Shown: positions 9,464-18,433 of the stretch, piece by piece
Layout: each line of letters starts with the position of its first letter
How positions within the stretch are numbered: position 1 is the first letter of the stretch
Assembly: GCF_000341395.1 (NCBI RefSeq)
Contig: NC_020304.1
Location: 330,001-362,000, forward strand
Direction: 5' to 3'
Length of the DNA: 32,000 nt
DNA from: Desulfocapsa sulfexigens DSM 10523
Lineage (GTDB): Bacteria > Desulfobacterota > Desulfobulbia > Desulfobulbales > Desulfocapsaceae
The notes under the pieces: model-generated
Told to the model about the DNA's origin: nothing
Database searches by the model: none
What the model saw: the letters and a program-made list of their open reading frames with translations, nothing else
Program-made: the position numbers and the translations under genes

Positions 9464-10710
9464 AAAGACAGACAGTGGTGGTTATTGGTGGAGGTGCTGC
9501 AGGACTTATGGCAGCTGGCCAGGCAGCAATTGCAGGTGCACGGGTAATTCTTCTGGAAAAAATGAAACGGCCGGGACGCAAAATATGTATCAGCGGCAAG
9601 GGGCGCTGCAACATCACAAACAGTGCTCCCGTCGCCGATTTCATCGAACACTTTGGCAAAAACGGCCGTTTTCTGAGACAAGCATTCTCCCGTTTTTTTT
9701 CCACCGAACTTATCACTTTCTTTGAGGAAAACGGCCTTCCGGTGAGCCTTGAACGTGGCGGAAGATACTTCCCCACAAGCGGCAATGCTCCTGATATATT
9801 GAAAATATTCCTTACCTGGCTCACTCAGTTGAACGTTGAAATTCGAGACAGTTGTCCTGCAAAGGATATCCTCGTCACAGACGGTAAGGTTAGTGGAGTT
9901 ACCACGTGCCGGGGCAACATTGACTGCGACAGTGTTATTATAGCCACAGGAGGAGCATCCTATCCTGCAACCGGTTCCACCGGAGACGGTTACACCCTTG
10001 CAAAAAAAATGGGCCACACAATTGTTCCTATTCGACCGGCTCTGGTTCCTCTTGAAGTACAGAATGGCATCCATCCCGCCCTTGCCGGACTTGAACTGAG
10101 AAATATCGGTGTCCAGCTCCTGATCAATGGAAAAAAGAAACAGCAACTCTTTGGGGAACTCCATTTTATAAAAACCGGAGTGAGTGGCCCGACAATCCTG
10201 ACACTCAGTGGTGATGCCGTGGATGCACTGCAAAAGGCGGATAAAGTCCATCTGGCGATAGACTTAAAGGCAGCATTAAGCGAACAAAAGCTCGATGCCC
10301 GCTTAATTCGTGATTTCCAGAAACGGACAAAAGAACACTTTGGAGATGTTTTACGCGGCCTCCTCCCGGCTCAACTGGTACCCTTATGTCTGGAACAGAC
10401 GAACATTCCCGCCAATAGACTGGCTGGCGAGATTTCTAAAAAAGAGCGAAAAACATTGTTACACTGGCTGAAGGATTTACGCCTGGAAGTAAGTGGTCAC
10501 CGCTCCTTTAAAGAAGCGATAGTTACTGCGGGTGGTGTAATGCTCAAAGAGGTGAACCCAAGAACCATGGAATCAGAAATTATACCTGGTTTGTATCTGG
10601 CGGGAGAGGTTCTCGATCTGAATGGCAACACTGGAGGCTATAACCTGCAGGCTGCCTTTTCCACAGGCTGGCTGGCAGGACGTTCAGCAGGAGATGTCCA
10701 AAGCACATAG
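9460..10710 (+). CDS. NAD(P)/FAD-dependent oxidoreductase, HI0933/BaiN-like family
   Basis: 'VVVIGGGAAGLMAAGQAAIAGARVILLEKMKRPGRKICISGKGRCNITN' and C-terminal 'GLYLAGEVLDLNGNTGGYNLQAAFSTGWLAGRSAG'. Confidence 0.9.
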   Translation: MKRQTVVVIGGGAAGLMAAGQAAIAGARVILLEKMKRPGRKICISGKGRCNITNSAPVADFIEHFGKNGRFLRQAFSRFFSTELITFFEENGLPVSLERGGRYFPTSGNAPDILKIFLTWLTQLNVEIRDSCPAKDILVTDGKVSGVTTCRGNIDCDSVIIATGGASYPATGSTGDGYTLAKKMGHTIVPIRPALVPLEVQNGIHPALAGLELRNIGVQLLINGKKKQQLFGELHFIKTGVSGPTILTLSGDAVDALQKADKVHLAIDLKAALSEQKLDARLIRDFQKRTKEHFGDVLRGLLPAQLVPLCLEQTNIPANRLAGEISKKERKTLLHWLKDLRLEVSGHRSFKEAIVTAGGVMLKEVNPRTMESEIIPGLYLAGEVLDLNGNTGGYNLQAAFSTGWLAGRSAGDVQST

Positions 10711-10747
10711 ACGGACCCACAGGGGACCAGCCTTGAGTCCGTCTATG
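10706..10747. terminator. Candidate bidirectional hairpin between convergent genes
   Basis: CATAGACGGAC (10706-10716) is a perfect 11-bp inverted match to GTCCGTCTATG (10737-10747). It overlaps the stop codon of the 9460-10710 gene; there is no strong T tract. Confidence 0.4.
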
Positions 10748-10759
10748 AAATAATAGCCA

Positions 10760-11188
10760 CTATGCAATCGCAACAAGTTCCAGATCAAAGGTGAGATCTT
10801 TGCCTGAAAGGGGAGGGTTGGCATCGAGCACAATGAAGTCATCGGTCAGATCAATCACCTCAACGGCCATCAGTTCACCAGCCGCTCCACCCACCTGAAG
10901 CTTTTGGCCAATTTCAGGTTTTAAATCTGGTGGTATCTGATCTTTTGGTACCTGCATTACCAGCTCCGCATTATGTTTTCCATAGGCATCATCCATTGGA
11001 ATTTTAACGGTTTTCCTGGAACCAACTTCCATTCCGACAAGAGCTGCATCAAATCCCGGAATCACCGTTCCTGAGCCAAGAACCACATCCAATGGTTTCT
11101 TGCCCTCGGATGAGTCGAAAATTGTACCGTCATCAAGATATCCCTTATAGTTCACCTGAACTTTGTCACCTTTTTTTGCCTGTGTCAT
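10760..11188 (-). CDS. FKBP-type peptidyl-prolyl cis-trans isomerase, SlyD-like
   Basis: 'GDKVQVNYKGYLDDGTIFDSS...LDVVLGSGTVIPGFDAALVGMEVGSRKTVKIPMDDAYG'. Confidence 0.9.
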   Translation of the reverse strand: MTQAKKGDKVQVNYKGYLDDGTIFDSSEGKKPLDVVLGSGTVIPGFDAALVGMEVGSRKTVKIPMDDAYGKHNAELVMQVPKDQIPPDLKPEIGQKLQVGGAAGELMAVEVIDLTDDFIVLDANPPLSGKDLTFDLELVAIA

Positions 11189-11269
11189 AAAAATCCTCTT
11201 TTTGTTTAAGTTATTCTATATGTGATGAATTTGTATTTTTTCAAAGGAAAGCACCCTAGCATATCCCGC

Positions 11270-11797
11270 TTAAAAATGATAGAAGGTATCTGGAACTTGT
11301 CTGATTATGGATTGACAGATATCAGAAACAGATCGGTCATTACAATCAATAATAAGATCGGCATTTTGGGTGTAGAGGGGTTGACGTTCTGCAAAAACTT
11401 CAGCAAAAGTCTGATCGGCTGTTTTAACAAAGGCACGACTGCTGAAATCTCCAACCCGCTGTTTCAACGTTGCGAGTCCGACGTCGAGCAGGATCAGCAG
11501 ACTGCTCCTTCGCAGGTGACTGATACCGGCCTGGCCATAAATTGCACTGCCACCCGTTGCAATAACATACTTTCTAAAATCCATAGAAAGCATGGTCTGC
11601 TCTTCCAACCTGCGGAAATTCTGAACACCAAGATCGTTCAGTACTTCCTGCAATGGCAAACCCCTGTCTTTTTCGATAAGGGTATCTACGTCGACAAAGG
11701 CAAGACCAAGGAGATCAGCAAGTTTTCTGCCGACGGTACTTTTTCCGGCTCCAGCCATGCCGATCAGAACAATATTTGTTTTTTTACTATTTTCCAT
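11270..11797 (-). CDS. Shikimate kinase
   Basis: Likely start MENSKKTNIVLIGMAGAGKSTVGRKLADLLGLAFVDVDTLIE (Walker A and shikimate-binding DVD), 'VIATGGSAIY'. Confidence 0.8.
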   Translation of the reverse strand: MENSKKTNIVLIGMAGAGKSTVGRKLADLLGLAFVDVDTLIEKDRGLPLQEVLNDLGVQNFRRLEEQTMLSMDFRKYVIATGGSAIYGQAGISHLRRSSLLILLDVGLATLKQRVGDFSSRAFVKTADQTFAEVFAERQPLYTQNADLIIDCNDRSVSDICQSIIRQVPDTFYHF

Positions 11798-11834
11798 AAC
11801 CAAAATTCTAATAATCTCATCGTACGTCTCTATT

Positions 11835-12248
11835 ATGTTACGCATTGCCGACAATGTAAGTATTCCTGAACAAGAAATCGAGCTAAAATTTATCCGCGCC
11901 CAGGGAGCAGGGGGGCAGAACGTCAACAAAGTCGCCTCTGCCGTACATATGCGCTTTGATATTGCAGCATCTTCCCTTCCGGAAAGAGTAAAAGACAGAC
12001 TCCTGGCCATGCGGGATCAGCGAATAAGCAAAGAAGGTATCCTTGTGCTTAAGGCGCAGCAGTACCGAAGTCAGGAAAAGAATAAAGAAGATGCTCTGCA
12101 ACGCCTGAAGGAAATAATCTTTCGTGCCATGATGCAGTCAAAAAAACGTCGCCCTACCCGACCCGGAAAGGCAGCAAAAAAACGACGACTCGAAGGAAAA
12201 AAACAACGTGGACAACTCAAAGCTGCACGAAAAAAAGTTCACTACTGA
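11835..12248 (+). CDS. arfB: Alternative ribosome-rescue peptidyl-tRNA hydrolase ArfB (YaeJ)
   Basis: From ATG 11835: MLRIADNVSIPEQEIELKFIRAQGAGGQNVNKVASAVHMRFDI (GGQ) with a basic C-terminal tail typical of ArfB. Confidence 0.88.
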   Translation: MLRIADNVSIPEQEIELKFIRAQGAGGQNVNKVASAVHMRFDIAASSLPERVKDRLLAMRDQRISKEGILVLKAQQYRSQEKNKEDALQRLKEIIFRAMMQSKKRRPTRPGKAAKKRRLEGKKQRGQLKAARKKVHY

Positions 12249-12359
12249 CCTATGCGTTTCTTTGCACCAAAGAATATTTACAACTACCGCAAAAAAGGGT
12301 ACAGCTCCCAGTAATAAGCAATCAAGTTGGCATTACAATAAAAAAAATGAGGTTCAATC

Positions 12360-12641
12360 ATGTTTAAGACCAATGAGTATTTCGACGGAAAAGTAAAATC
12401 AATCGCCTTTACCAGTGAAGACGGCCCTGCAACCATAGGAGTCATGGCTGTTGGTGAATACGAATTCGGAACAGGATCCGTTGAGATTATGTCTGTTGTA
12501 TCCGGAAGTATGGATATCAAACTGCCTGAAACCGACACATGGCAAACATTTACAGCAGGAGAAAGCTTCGAGGTCGCAAAAGACGTCAAATTTGGGGTTC
12601 GCATAACGCAGGAAACCAGTTATATCTGCCTCTACAAGTAA
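12360..12641 (+). CDS. ppnP: Pyrimidine/purine nucleoside phosphorylase (DUF1255)
   Basis: 'NEYFDGKVKSIAF...GPATIGVMAVGEYEFGTGSVEIMSVVSGSMDIKLP...W..F.AGESFEVAKDVKF'. Confidence 0.9.
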   Translation: MFKTNEYFDGKVKSIAFTSEDGPATIGVMAVGEYEFGTGSVEIMSVVSGSMDIKLPETDTWQTFTAGESFEVAKDVKFGVRITQETSYICLYK

Positions 12642-12649
12642 TTCCTGAC

Positions 12650-12691
12650 AAAAAGTGCAAGAGCGAAGAAAAAAAGCCTTGCGTCACTTTT
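12650..12691 (+). terminator. Possible terminator downstream of ppnP
   Basis: Short hairpin built from aaaagtg/cactttt and caag/cttg, AT-rich on the 3' side; imperfect. Confidence 0.3.
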
Positions 12692-12879
12692 GTTATCTTG
12701 TTAAACAACCACCTCCTGCTGCTAAAGACATCACTTAATCACCGCCTACCACAGGAGGGAATAACGTCTTCAATGGTTTTATTCCCTCCTGTTTTACATA
12801 TATTCGTATCCTGGCCTGCTCTTCTTTTTTTGATTTGCAGGCCTTTTTATGTAATTCACGCACTGGCCTCCTCACATAG

Positions 12880-13704
12880 ATGCTTACTCACAGTTTTATC
12901 CATCTGCCTGGGATTGGCGTTACAACTGAAGAAAAGCTTTGGCAGGCAGGAATACACCGCTGGTCACACTGGTCGGATGCGCCTCCCCTGCGACTTCCGA
13001 ACAGTTCCCTCCCACAACTTTCCAGTTTATTAGAACGCTCCCTTGTAGAACTCAAAAACGGGCCTGATTTTTTCAGCAGACGATTACCCGCCAACCAGCA
13101 GTGGCGCCTCCTCTCCCACTTTCGGGATCGTATAGCATACCTCGATATTGAAACCACAGGCCTTGGCCCTAACGCTGAAATCACCACCATCGCCCTGTAT
13201 GATGGACTTCAAGTGTACTGTTATGTAAACGGCAGGAATCTGGAAGATTTTGAGAAGGACATCTGGAAGTATGAAATACTGGTCACCTACAATGGCAAGG
13301 GCTTTGACATCCCGGTGCTCGAACGCTGGTTTCATACCAGGCTCACCCATTCCCATATAGACCTGCGCTATATCCTTGCAAAACTTGGTTTTAAAGGGGG
13401 ACTTAAGGGCTGTGAAAAACAACTTGGAATAGAGAGGGGTGGCCTCGATGGAATCGATGGCTACTTTGCCGTGCTTCTCTGGCAGGACTATATCGATAAC
13501 AACAACGAAAAGGCGCTGGAAACACTTCTCGCTTACAACATTGAAGACACCGTAAACCTGGAGCGTCTTCTTATTGAAGCCCACAACAGGAATGTTCAGG
13601 ACATGCCCTTTGGAAACGACCTCCTGATGGAACTGCCCGAAACACCTGCAGTCCTTTACCAGCCAGACTTCAACACGGTAGAGCGGATCAGAAACAGCTT
13701 ATAA
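12880..13704 (+). CDS. RNase H-like (YprB-type) exonuclease domain protein
   Basis: 'IAYLDIETTGLGPNAEITTIALYDG...LVTYNGKGFDIPVLERWF...HIDLRYILAKLGFKGGLKGCEKQLGI...LLAYNIEDTVNLERL', a DEDD-type exonuclease pattern. Confidence 0.85.
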   Translation: MLTHSFIHLPGIGVTTEEKLWQAGIHRWSHWSDAPPLRLPNSSLPQLSSLLERSLVELKNGPDFFSRRLPANQQWRLLSHFRDRIAYLDIETTGLGPNAEITTIALYDGLQVYCYVNGRNLEDFEKDIWKYEILVTYNGKGFDIPVLERWFHTRLTHSHIDLRYILAKLGFKGGLKGCEKQLGIERGGLDGIDGYFAVLLWQDYIDNNNEKALETLLAYNIEDTVNLERLLIEAHNRNVQDMPFGNDLLMELPETPAVLYQPDFNTVERIRNSL

Positions 13705-13733
13705 TTCACAAGCCAGCTCACAAGAGAACACAA

Positions 13734-14654
13734 TCAAAGAATAATCTCCGCGCGTTCCGTGGCGAAAAACACCTCAGTATCACCGTATTTCTTAGGCTCA
13801 CAATAGGTTTTTGCCATATTTTCAATCTGTGCATCTGTACGATCCGGGTCATGATGAAAAAGGGCAAGTTTTTTCACCCCGGCCCGATTTGCTGCAGCAA
13901 TGGCCCACTCAAAAGTCGAATGCCCCCAGTTGACTCTGGTCTTATATTCCTCAGCAGTATATTGAGAATCATGCACCAGCAAATCCGCTCCTTTGAAAAA
14001 CTCTTCTACAGCCTGGTTCTGCTCCCGGGCAACCTCTTCACCTTCATAGGCCATCGCCTCATCATATTCCGGATGCTCTGGATCGGTTATAAACAGATTC
14101 CGATAGGGTTCATGGTCGTAACAGGTACAGAAGATTTTGCCCTGGTACTCGAAGCGGTAGCCAAGAGCAGTGATGGGATGGTTTAAAAATTTAGTGGTCA
14201 AAAGCAGGCCATTTCCCAAATCCATATCCGGTTCTTCACGCAGGCGTTTGTATTCAATGTCAGAGGCAAGTTCACCAACATTAATCGGGAAATAACGGTA
14301 TTTCATCTGTCCACCCACGACATCTTTTAATGGATCATCTTCATAGGTCACGGGCCCATGCACCGTCATCCGGGTACCGGGAATATAAATTGGAGTAAAA
14401 TAGGGAAAACCCATGATGTGATCCCAGTGAGTATGGGAAAGATACATGGCAATCTTTAACGGACCAGCGGGGAGATCGTTCTTAACCAGAGCATTACCAA
14501 GCTCCCTAATCCCGGAACCCGCATCAATAATAATAATTTCCTCTCTGTCATCTACCCGCAATTCTATACACGCGCCATTGCCTCCATATTTCATGGTTTG
14601 TGGGCCGGGACAGGGAATAGAACCCCTGACACCCCAGAATTTCACTTTCATCAT
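13734..14654 (-). CDS. MBL-fold metallo-hydrolase
   Basis: 'MKVKFWGVRGSIPCPG...IIIDAGSGIRELG...LSHTHWDHIMGFPYFTPIYIPG...LLVHDSQYT...WGHSTFEWAIAAANRAGVKKLALFHHDP'. Confidence 0.9.
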   Translation of the reverse strand: MMKVKFWGVRGSIPCPGPQTMKYGGNGACIELRVDDREEIIIIDAGSGIRELGNALVKNDLPAGPLKIAMYLSHTHWDHIMGFPYFTPIYIPGTRMTVHGPVTYEDDPLKDVVGGQMKYRYFPINVGELASDIEYKRLREEPDMDLGNGLLLTTKFLNHPITALGYRFEYQGKIFCTCYDHEPYRNLFITDPEHPEYDEAMAYEGEEVAREQNQAVEEFFKGADLLVHDSQYTAEEYKTRVNWGHSTFEWAIAAANRAGVKKLALFHHDPDRTDAQIENMAKTYCEPKKYGDTEVFFATERAEIIL

Positions 14655-14671
14655 GCTGTTTTCTGTGCTCC

Positions 14672-15535
14672 CTAACTTTGCAGAAAAACCTGCGCTTTCT
14701 CAATCTCCTCTTCAACACCGAGGGCCACTTCTCCAAACATATCCCATGTCAATCCAGTTATTTTCAGCATCTTATCAGCACCGTCTTCTGCCGGAAAAGG
14801 ATCCCCCGCATAACCCAGATCAAGGATATTTGCATACATGTTGGCAAGCCCAACATAGGCGGCACGTACCCTGTGTTCTTCAGGTGCTTCCTCCACGTCA
14901 TGATGAAAAGCTATCGAGCAGGTCATGGCCTCGTTCAGCTTCCATTTTTCGGCTATCATTCGTCCAACTTCCTGGTGATCGACTCCCAGCATATCACGTT
15001 CTACTGTTATAAGCGGAAGGCACTCCTTCTTCACTCTATTCAGAACATCGATATATTCATCACCAAATGGAATTTTTCCTAGATCATGAAGAAGTCCGGC
15101 TACAAAATACTCTTCACACTCCATCACTGGAACACCATTGGCCTTGGCCAGCAACTTGGCACACACTCCCGTGGCGATGGAATGGGCCCAGAATTTCTTG
15201 GTTGGAAGAGACTGTGACTTTTTGGCACCGGACACCGAGCGAATAATAGCAGTACTTAACGCCATATTCTTAACCGTATTCATCCCAAGCATGGTGATGG
15301 CGCGAGTAAGCGAAGTTACCTTGTTCACAAGAGAGTAATATGCAGAGTTAATAAGCTTCAGAACCTGACCGGTAAGAACCGGATCAAGTGAAATCACCCT
15401 ATTCAACTCATTTGGAGAGGCATCGGTACGACTGCAGATCTCCATCACCTTCCCCACTGTGGTGGAAAGGCTTGGCATTCGTTCGATAAATCTGGTTATG
15501 GCTTTTCTATTGGCTGCGCCATCTTCTTGCATCAT
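14672..15535 (-). CDS. HDOD domain protein
   Basis: 'MPSLSTTVGKVMEICSRTDASPNELNRVISLDPVLTGQVLKLINSAYY...ITRAITMLG'-like pattern followed by an HD-type core (AGLLHDLGKIPFG). Confidence 0.88.
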   Translation of the reverse strand: MMQEDGAANRKAITRFIERMPSLSTTVGKVMEICSRTDASPNELNRVISLDPVLTGQVLKLINSAYYSLVNKVTSLTRAITMLGMNTVKNMALSTAIIRSVSGAKKSQSLPTKKFWAHSIATGVCAKLLAKANGVPVMECEEYFVAGLLHDLGKIPFGDEYIDVLNRVKKECLPLITVERDMLGVDHQEVGRMIAEKWKLNEAMTCSIAFHHDVEEAPEEHRVRAAYVGLANMYANILDLGYAGDPFPAEDGADKMLKITGLTWDMFGEVALGVEEEIEKAQVFLQS

Positions 15536-15711
15536 TCAATCCGCCTAAAATCCATTATAAATATCAATTACATAATAAAAAAAAAGACAACATTACCATG
15601 TATTCTATAGCAAGCAGAAAAGGAGGTCAAGGAAAGAGGTGAATGGAACAAAAGCTCAAGATTTAATATATCCTGTTGCCCGAAAAGATGCAGATATGGT
15701 AGGCAGATGGT

Positions 15712-16455
15712 ATGGAACGATTTTCAAGAACACGCTGCTTCCTTGGCAATAAAAAATTCAGCGCTCTGCAAAAGGCAACAGTTGCCATTGTAGGTGTCGG
15801 TGCAGTGGGAGGCTATGCTGCTGAAGGACTGGCGAGAGCCGGTGTTGGCCATCTGCGACTGGTTGATTTTGACACTATCCAGCCATCCAACATTAACAGG
15901 CAGATACTGGCCCTTGAAAGCAGTATCGGAAGACCAAAGGTGGATGTCGCCAGAGAGCGGATCGCCCTTATCAATCCAGATTGCCGGGTGGAAGCTTTAA
16001 GGCTTTTTGCCGCAGAGGAAACGCTTGACGAAATACTGTCACCAGCGCCGGATATCCTGATAGATGCCATAGACTCCCTTAACCCCAAAGTTCAGCTTCT
16101 GGCTGGTGCCCACAGGCGAAAGATCACCACATTCTCTTCCATGGGTGCAGCCCTGCGAACAGATCCTTTGAAAATCAAGGTTGGGGACATCATGACATCG
16201 AATCACTGCCCGCTGGCCAAGCATGTTCGCAATCGCCTGCGACGTCAAGGAGTGGGAGGGGGTATATACTGTATCTATTCCACAGAACGGGTGAATTTCA
16301 CTTACCAGGGACCTGAGAAAACCACACAGCCAGCGTCTGCCTATGAGGACAGAGGAAGAACACGCAACGTACTGGGATCATTGCCAACAATCACAGGAAT
16401 TTTTGGACTGATACTGGCGAATGAAGTTATTCTTCACCTGACAAAAGAGATCTAA
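15712..16455 (+). CDS. tcdA: tRNA threonylcarbamoyladenosine dehydratase (ThiF/E1-like)
   Basis: 'RFSRTRCFLG...VAIVGVGAVGGYAAEGLARAGVGHLRLVDFDTIQPSNINRQILAL', 'DAIDSLNPKVQLL', 'SSMGAALRTDPLKIKVGDI'. Confidence 0.88.
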   Translation: MERFSRTRCFLGNKKFSALQKATVAIVGVGAVGGYAAEGLARAGVGHLRLVDFDTIQPSNINRQILALESSIGRPKVDVARERIALINPDCRVEALRLFAAEETLDEILSPAPDILIDAIDSLNPKVQLLAGAHRRKITTFSSMGAALRTDPLKIKVGDIMTSNHCPLAKHVRNRLRRQGVGGGIYCIYSTERVNFTYQGPEKTTQPASAYEDRGRTRNVLGSLPTITGIFGLILANEVILHLTKEI

Positions 16456-16461
16456 AAAGAA

Positions 16462-16639
16462 CCTGATTACCATCGAAACTCAGCTTTGCAACCCAGAGTT
16501 GTTCCGTGTCGATTATATGGGACGCCATAAACCCATCCCTGGGGGCTCAGCTGCGGCCGTCCAGGCCGCAGATGCCCATATAATCAACACGAAACAACTC
16601 CTCCTTAAACGGGTAAGCTGAGGATTAGTGGTAATCAGG
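16462..16639. repeat. Large palindromic, highly structured intergenic element
   Basis: Nested inverted arms: CCTGATTACC 16462-16471/GGTAATCAGG 16630-16639 (10 bp); CTCAGCTT 16479-16486/AAGCTGAG 16615-16622 (8 bp); ACCC 16491-16494/GGGT 16611-16614; a 26-nt arm 16496-16521/16575-16600 (24 of 26 complementary); inner hairpin CTGCGGCC 16551-16558/GGCCGCAG 16564-16571. Confidence 0.8.
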
Positions 16640-16652
16640 AAAAAGAACCAAC

Positions 16653-17372
16653 TTACCAGAACAGCCAGTTTCCGGTCACAACAACATAGACACCCAGGCC
16701 GAAATTTGTGACGCCATGGGCAATCACCACACCCCTTAACTTTTTTTGACGAAGCAGCAATGCTCCATACAGCAATCCTGCTAAAATTCCTGCGACAATC
16801 CTATGGTGCTCCAGACCAAACAAAATTGCCACCCCGAGAAACGACAGCCAGGTAAACGTCCCCAAAGCAACGGAACGAAAATCAACATCAACAAGATAGC
16901 GCATCAGAAATGACCGCCAGAACAACTCTTCCATAACTGGTACAACAATGGATGCACCGATAAGACGTATAGCAATCAAGCCGATTGCCAGCCCCTTAGA
17001 TTCTGCCATGACATAGGGATTAAAACCTGTTCCGGAATCCAACTGATAAAAGAGTCCTTCCGGAACTATCCATAAAACCAGTACAAGCAAGCCACAAAGA
17101 ATCGCGACGACAAACTCACCAGGCGTTAAAACGGTAGCAAAGTCATCTGCATATACATGGCGCCACAACCAGAGCGTCCCACCAACAAGCACAGTTTTGG
17201 TGACATAGAGATAAGGTACCAGTGCAGGAAAATAACGCGCTGGTTCTGTTAGAAGCATAAAGAGAGCAAAGGGGACAACGTAGGGCAGCCAGGGTTTTCT
17301 AATAAAACCAGCCATCGACTTTTTTGGCACGCCTGCCTCCTGCCATTGAATTGAAAGGACTCTCTTCAGCAC
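16653..17372 (-). CDS. CPBP-family (CAAX-protease-related) membrane protease
   Basis: 'ASIVVPVMEELFWRSFLMRYLVDVDF' (EE motif), 'FGLEHHRIVAGILAGLLYGALLLRQKKLRGVVIAHGVTNFGL'. Start may be the internal Met at 17315. Confidence 0.85.
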   Translation of the reverse strand: MLKRVLSIQWQEAGVPKKSMAGFIRKPWLPYVVPFALFMLLTEPARYFPALVPYLYVTKTVLVGGTLWLWRHVYADDFATVLTPGEFVVAILCGLLVLVLWIVPEGLFYQLDSGTGFNPYVMAESKGLAIGLIAIRLIGASIVVPVMEELFWRSFLMRYLVDVDFRSVALGTFTWLSFLGVAILFGLEHHRIVAGILAGLLYGALLLRQKKLRGVVIAHGVTNFGLGVYVVVTGNWLFW

Positions 17373-17548
17373 TCATGCTTGACCAGGAAATCAAGCACCA
17401 TCTCTTCCATAATTTCGAGCTGCTCACGTCCTGTCTCGTTGGTGATGATCCAGGAGCACCGCTGATAGGCTCGATAGAGATGTTCAGGGATTTTAATTTT
17501 TAATTCAACCAGCCCATCGTCCCTTGCAATCAGTTTTTTTTCAGCCAT
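17366..17548 (-). CDS. Small hypothetical protein (60 aa)
   Basis: Compact ORF sitting between two same-strand genes with junction overlap; 'VELKIKIPEHLYRAYQRCSWIITNETGREQLEIMEEMVLDFLVKHE' is plausible coding. Confidence 0.6.
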   Translation of the reverse strand: MAEKKLIARDDGLVELKIKIPEHLYRAYQRCSWIITNETGREQLEIMEEMVLDFLVKHEC

Positions 17549-17550
17549 CT

Positions 17551-18318
17551 CTACATATGACTCTTGTGGAAGCTTACAGCCTGATCATATGTCATACCAC
17601 TACCACCAAAGATATCCAGGGCACTCCCTACGGTGGCATGTAATCGATTTCGACCAAGTTCAGCAATCAAGTCCATATCACTCATATCTTTTATTCCTCC
17701 GGCATAGGTGGTGGGAATAGGACTCCAGTCAGCCAGTCTCTTCACAAGTTCCGCCTCAATGCCATTGCATTGCCCTTCAACGTCAGCGGCATGGACCAGA
17801 AATTCATCACAGAGGGATGCAAACTGATCCAGTGTTTCCGGGCTGATAATGACATCGGTAAAATTTTGCCAGCGGTCCGTTACAATATAGTAGTCATCCC
17901 CTTTCCGACGACAACTCAGATCAAGAACCAAATTTTCCTTCCCCACGGATGTCACGAGTTTATGCAGCCGATTACTGTCAATTCGCCCTTTAGAAAAGAC
18001 ATAGGACGTTACGATAACATGTGAAGCCCCTCTTTCGAGCCACTCCCTTCCATTCTCAGCCGTTATCCCACCACCAATCTGCATTCCACCCGGCCAGGCA
18101 GCAAGTGCTTCGGCCGCCGCCTCATCATTTCCCGGCCCAAGCTTGATAATATGCCCGCCCGTGAGATTGTCGCGACGGTATAACTCCGAATACCAGGACG
18201 AAGGATGAGTGGCTGTAAAATTTGTCTGGAGGCCCGCAGGGTCATCATCACTCAAAGTTGAGCCGACTATCTGTTTTACTTTACCATTATGAAGGTCGAT
18301 ACATGGTCTGAATTGCAT
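17551..18318 (-). CDS. hisA: Phosphoribosylformimino-5-aminoimidazole carboxamide ribotide isomerase, eukaryotic (yeast HIS6/plant)-type
   Basis: 'MQFRPCIDLHNGKVKQIVGSTL...TNFTATHPSSWYSELYRRDNLTGGHIIKLGPGNDEAAAEALAAWPGGMQIGGGI...LVLDLSCRR...FLVHAADVEGQCNGIE...TTYAGGI...GSALDIFGG'. Likely start ATG at 18318; the track ORF extends to 18378. Confidence 0.85.
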   Translation of the reverse strand: MQFRPCIDLHNGKVKQIVGSTLSDDDPAGLQTNFTATHPSSWYSELYRRDNLTGGHIIKLGPGNDEAAAEALAAWPGGMQIGGGITAENGREWLERGASHVIVTSYVFSKGRIDSNRLHKLVTSVGKENLVLDLSCRRKGDDYYIVTDRWQNFTDVIISPETLDQFASLCDEFLVHAADVEGQCNGIEAELVKRLADWSPIPTTYAGGIKDMSDMDLIAELGRNRLHATVGSALDIFGGSGMTYDQAVSFHKSHM

Positions 18319-18351
18319 GGTGAACGGGTACAGGGAGATCAGGTTTACGGT

Positions 18352-18395
18352 TATAAATAAAAAGGCGGGTATCTCCAATTGGAAATACCCGCCTT
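18352..18395 (-). terminator. Rho-independent terminator
   Basis: AAGGCGGGTAT (18362-18372)/ATACCCGCCTT (18385-18395), an 11-bp perfect stem. On the minus strand it is followed by a T-rich tail. Confidence 0.8.
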
Positions 18396-18433
18396 ACAAC
18401 TTCAGAAAGAAAGTGCTGACTATCTTTTTCTGA

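Noticed and set aside
9292-10251. 319-aa minus-strand ORF
   Set aside because: Antisense to the radical SAM/HI0933-like genes, Cys/Ser-rich and low in recognisable motifs; a shadow ORF.
11797-12010. N-terminal extension of the shikimate kinase ORF
   Set aside because: The extension is antisense to arfB and its sequence is unrelated to shikimate kinase; the start at 11797 fits the family.
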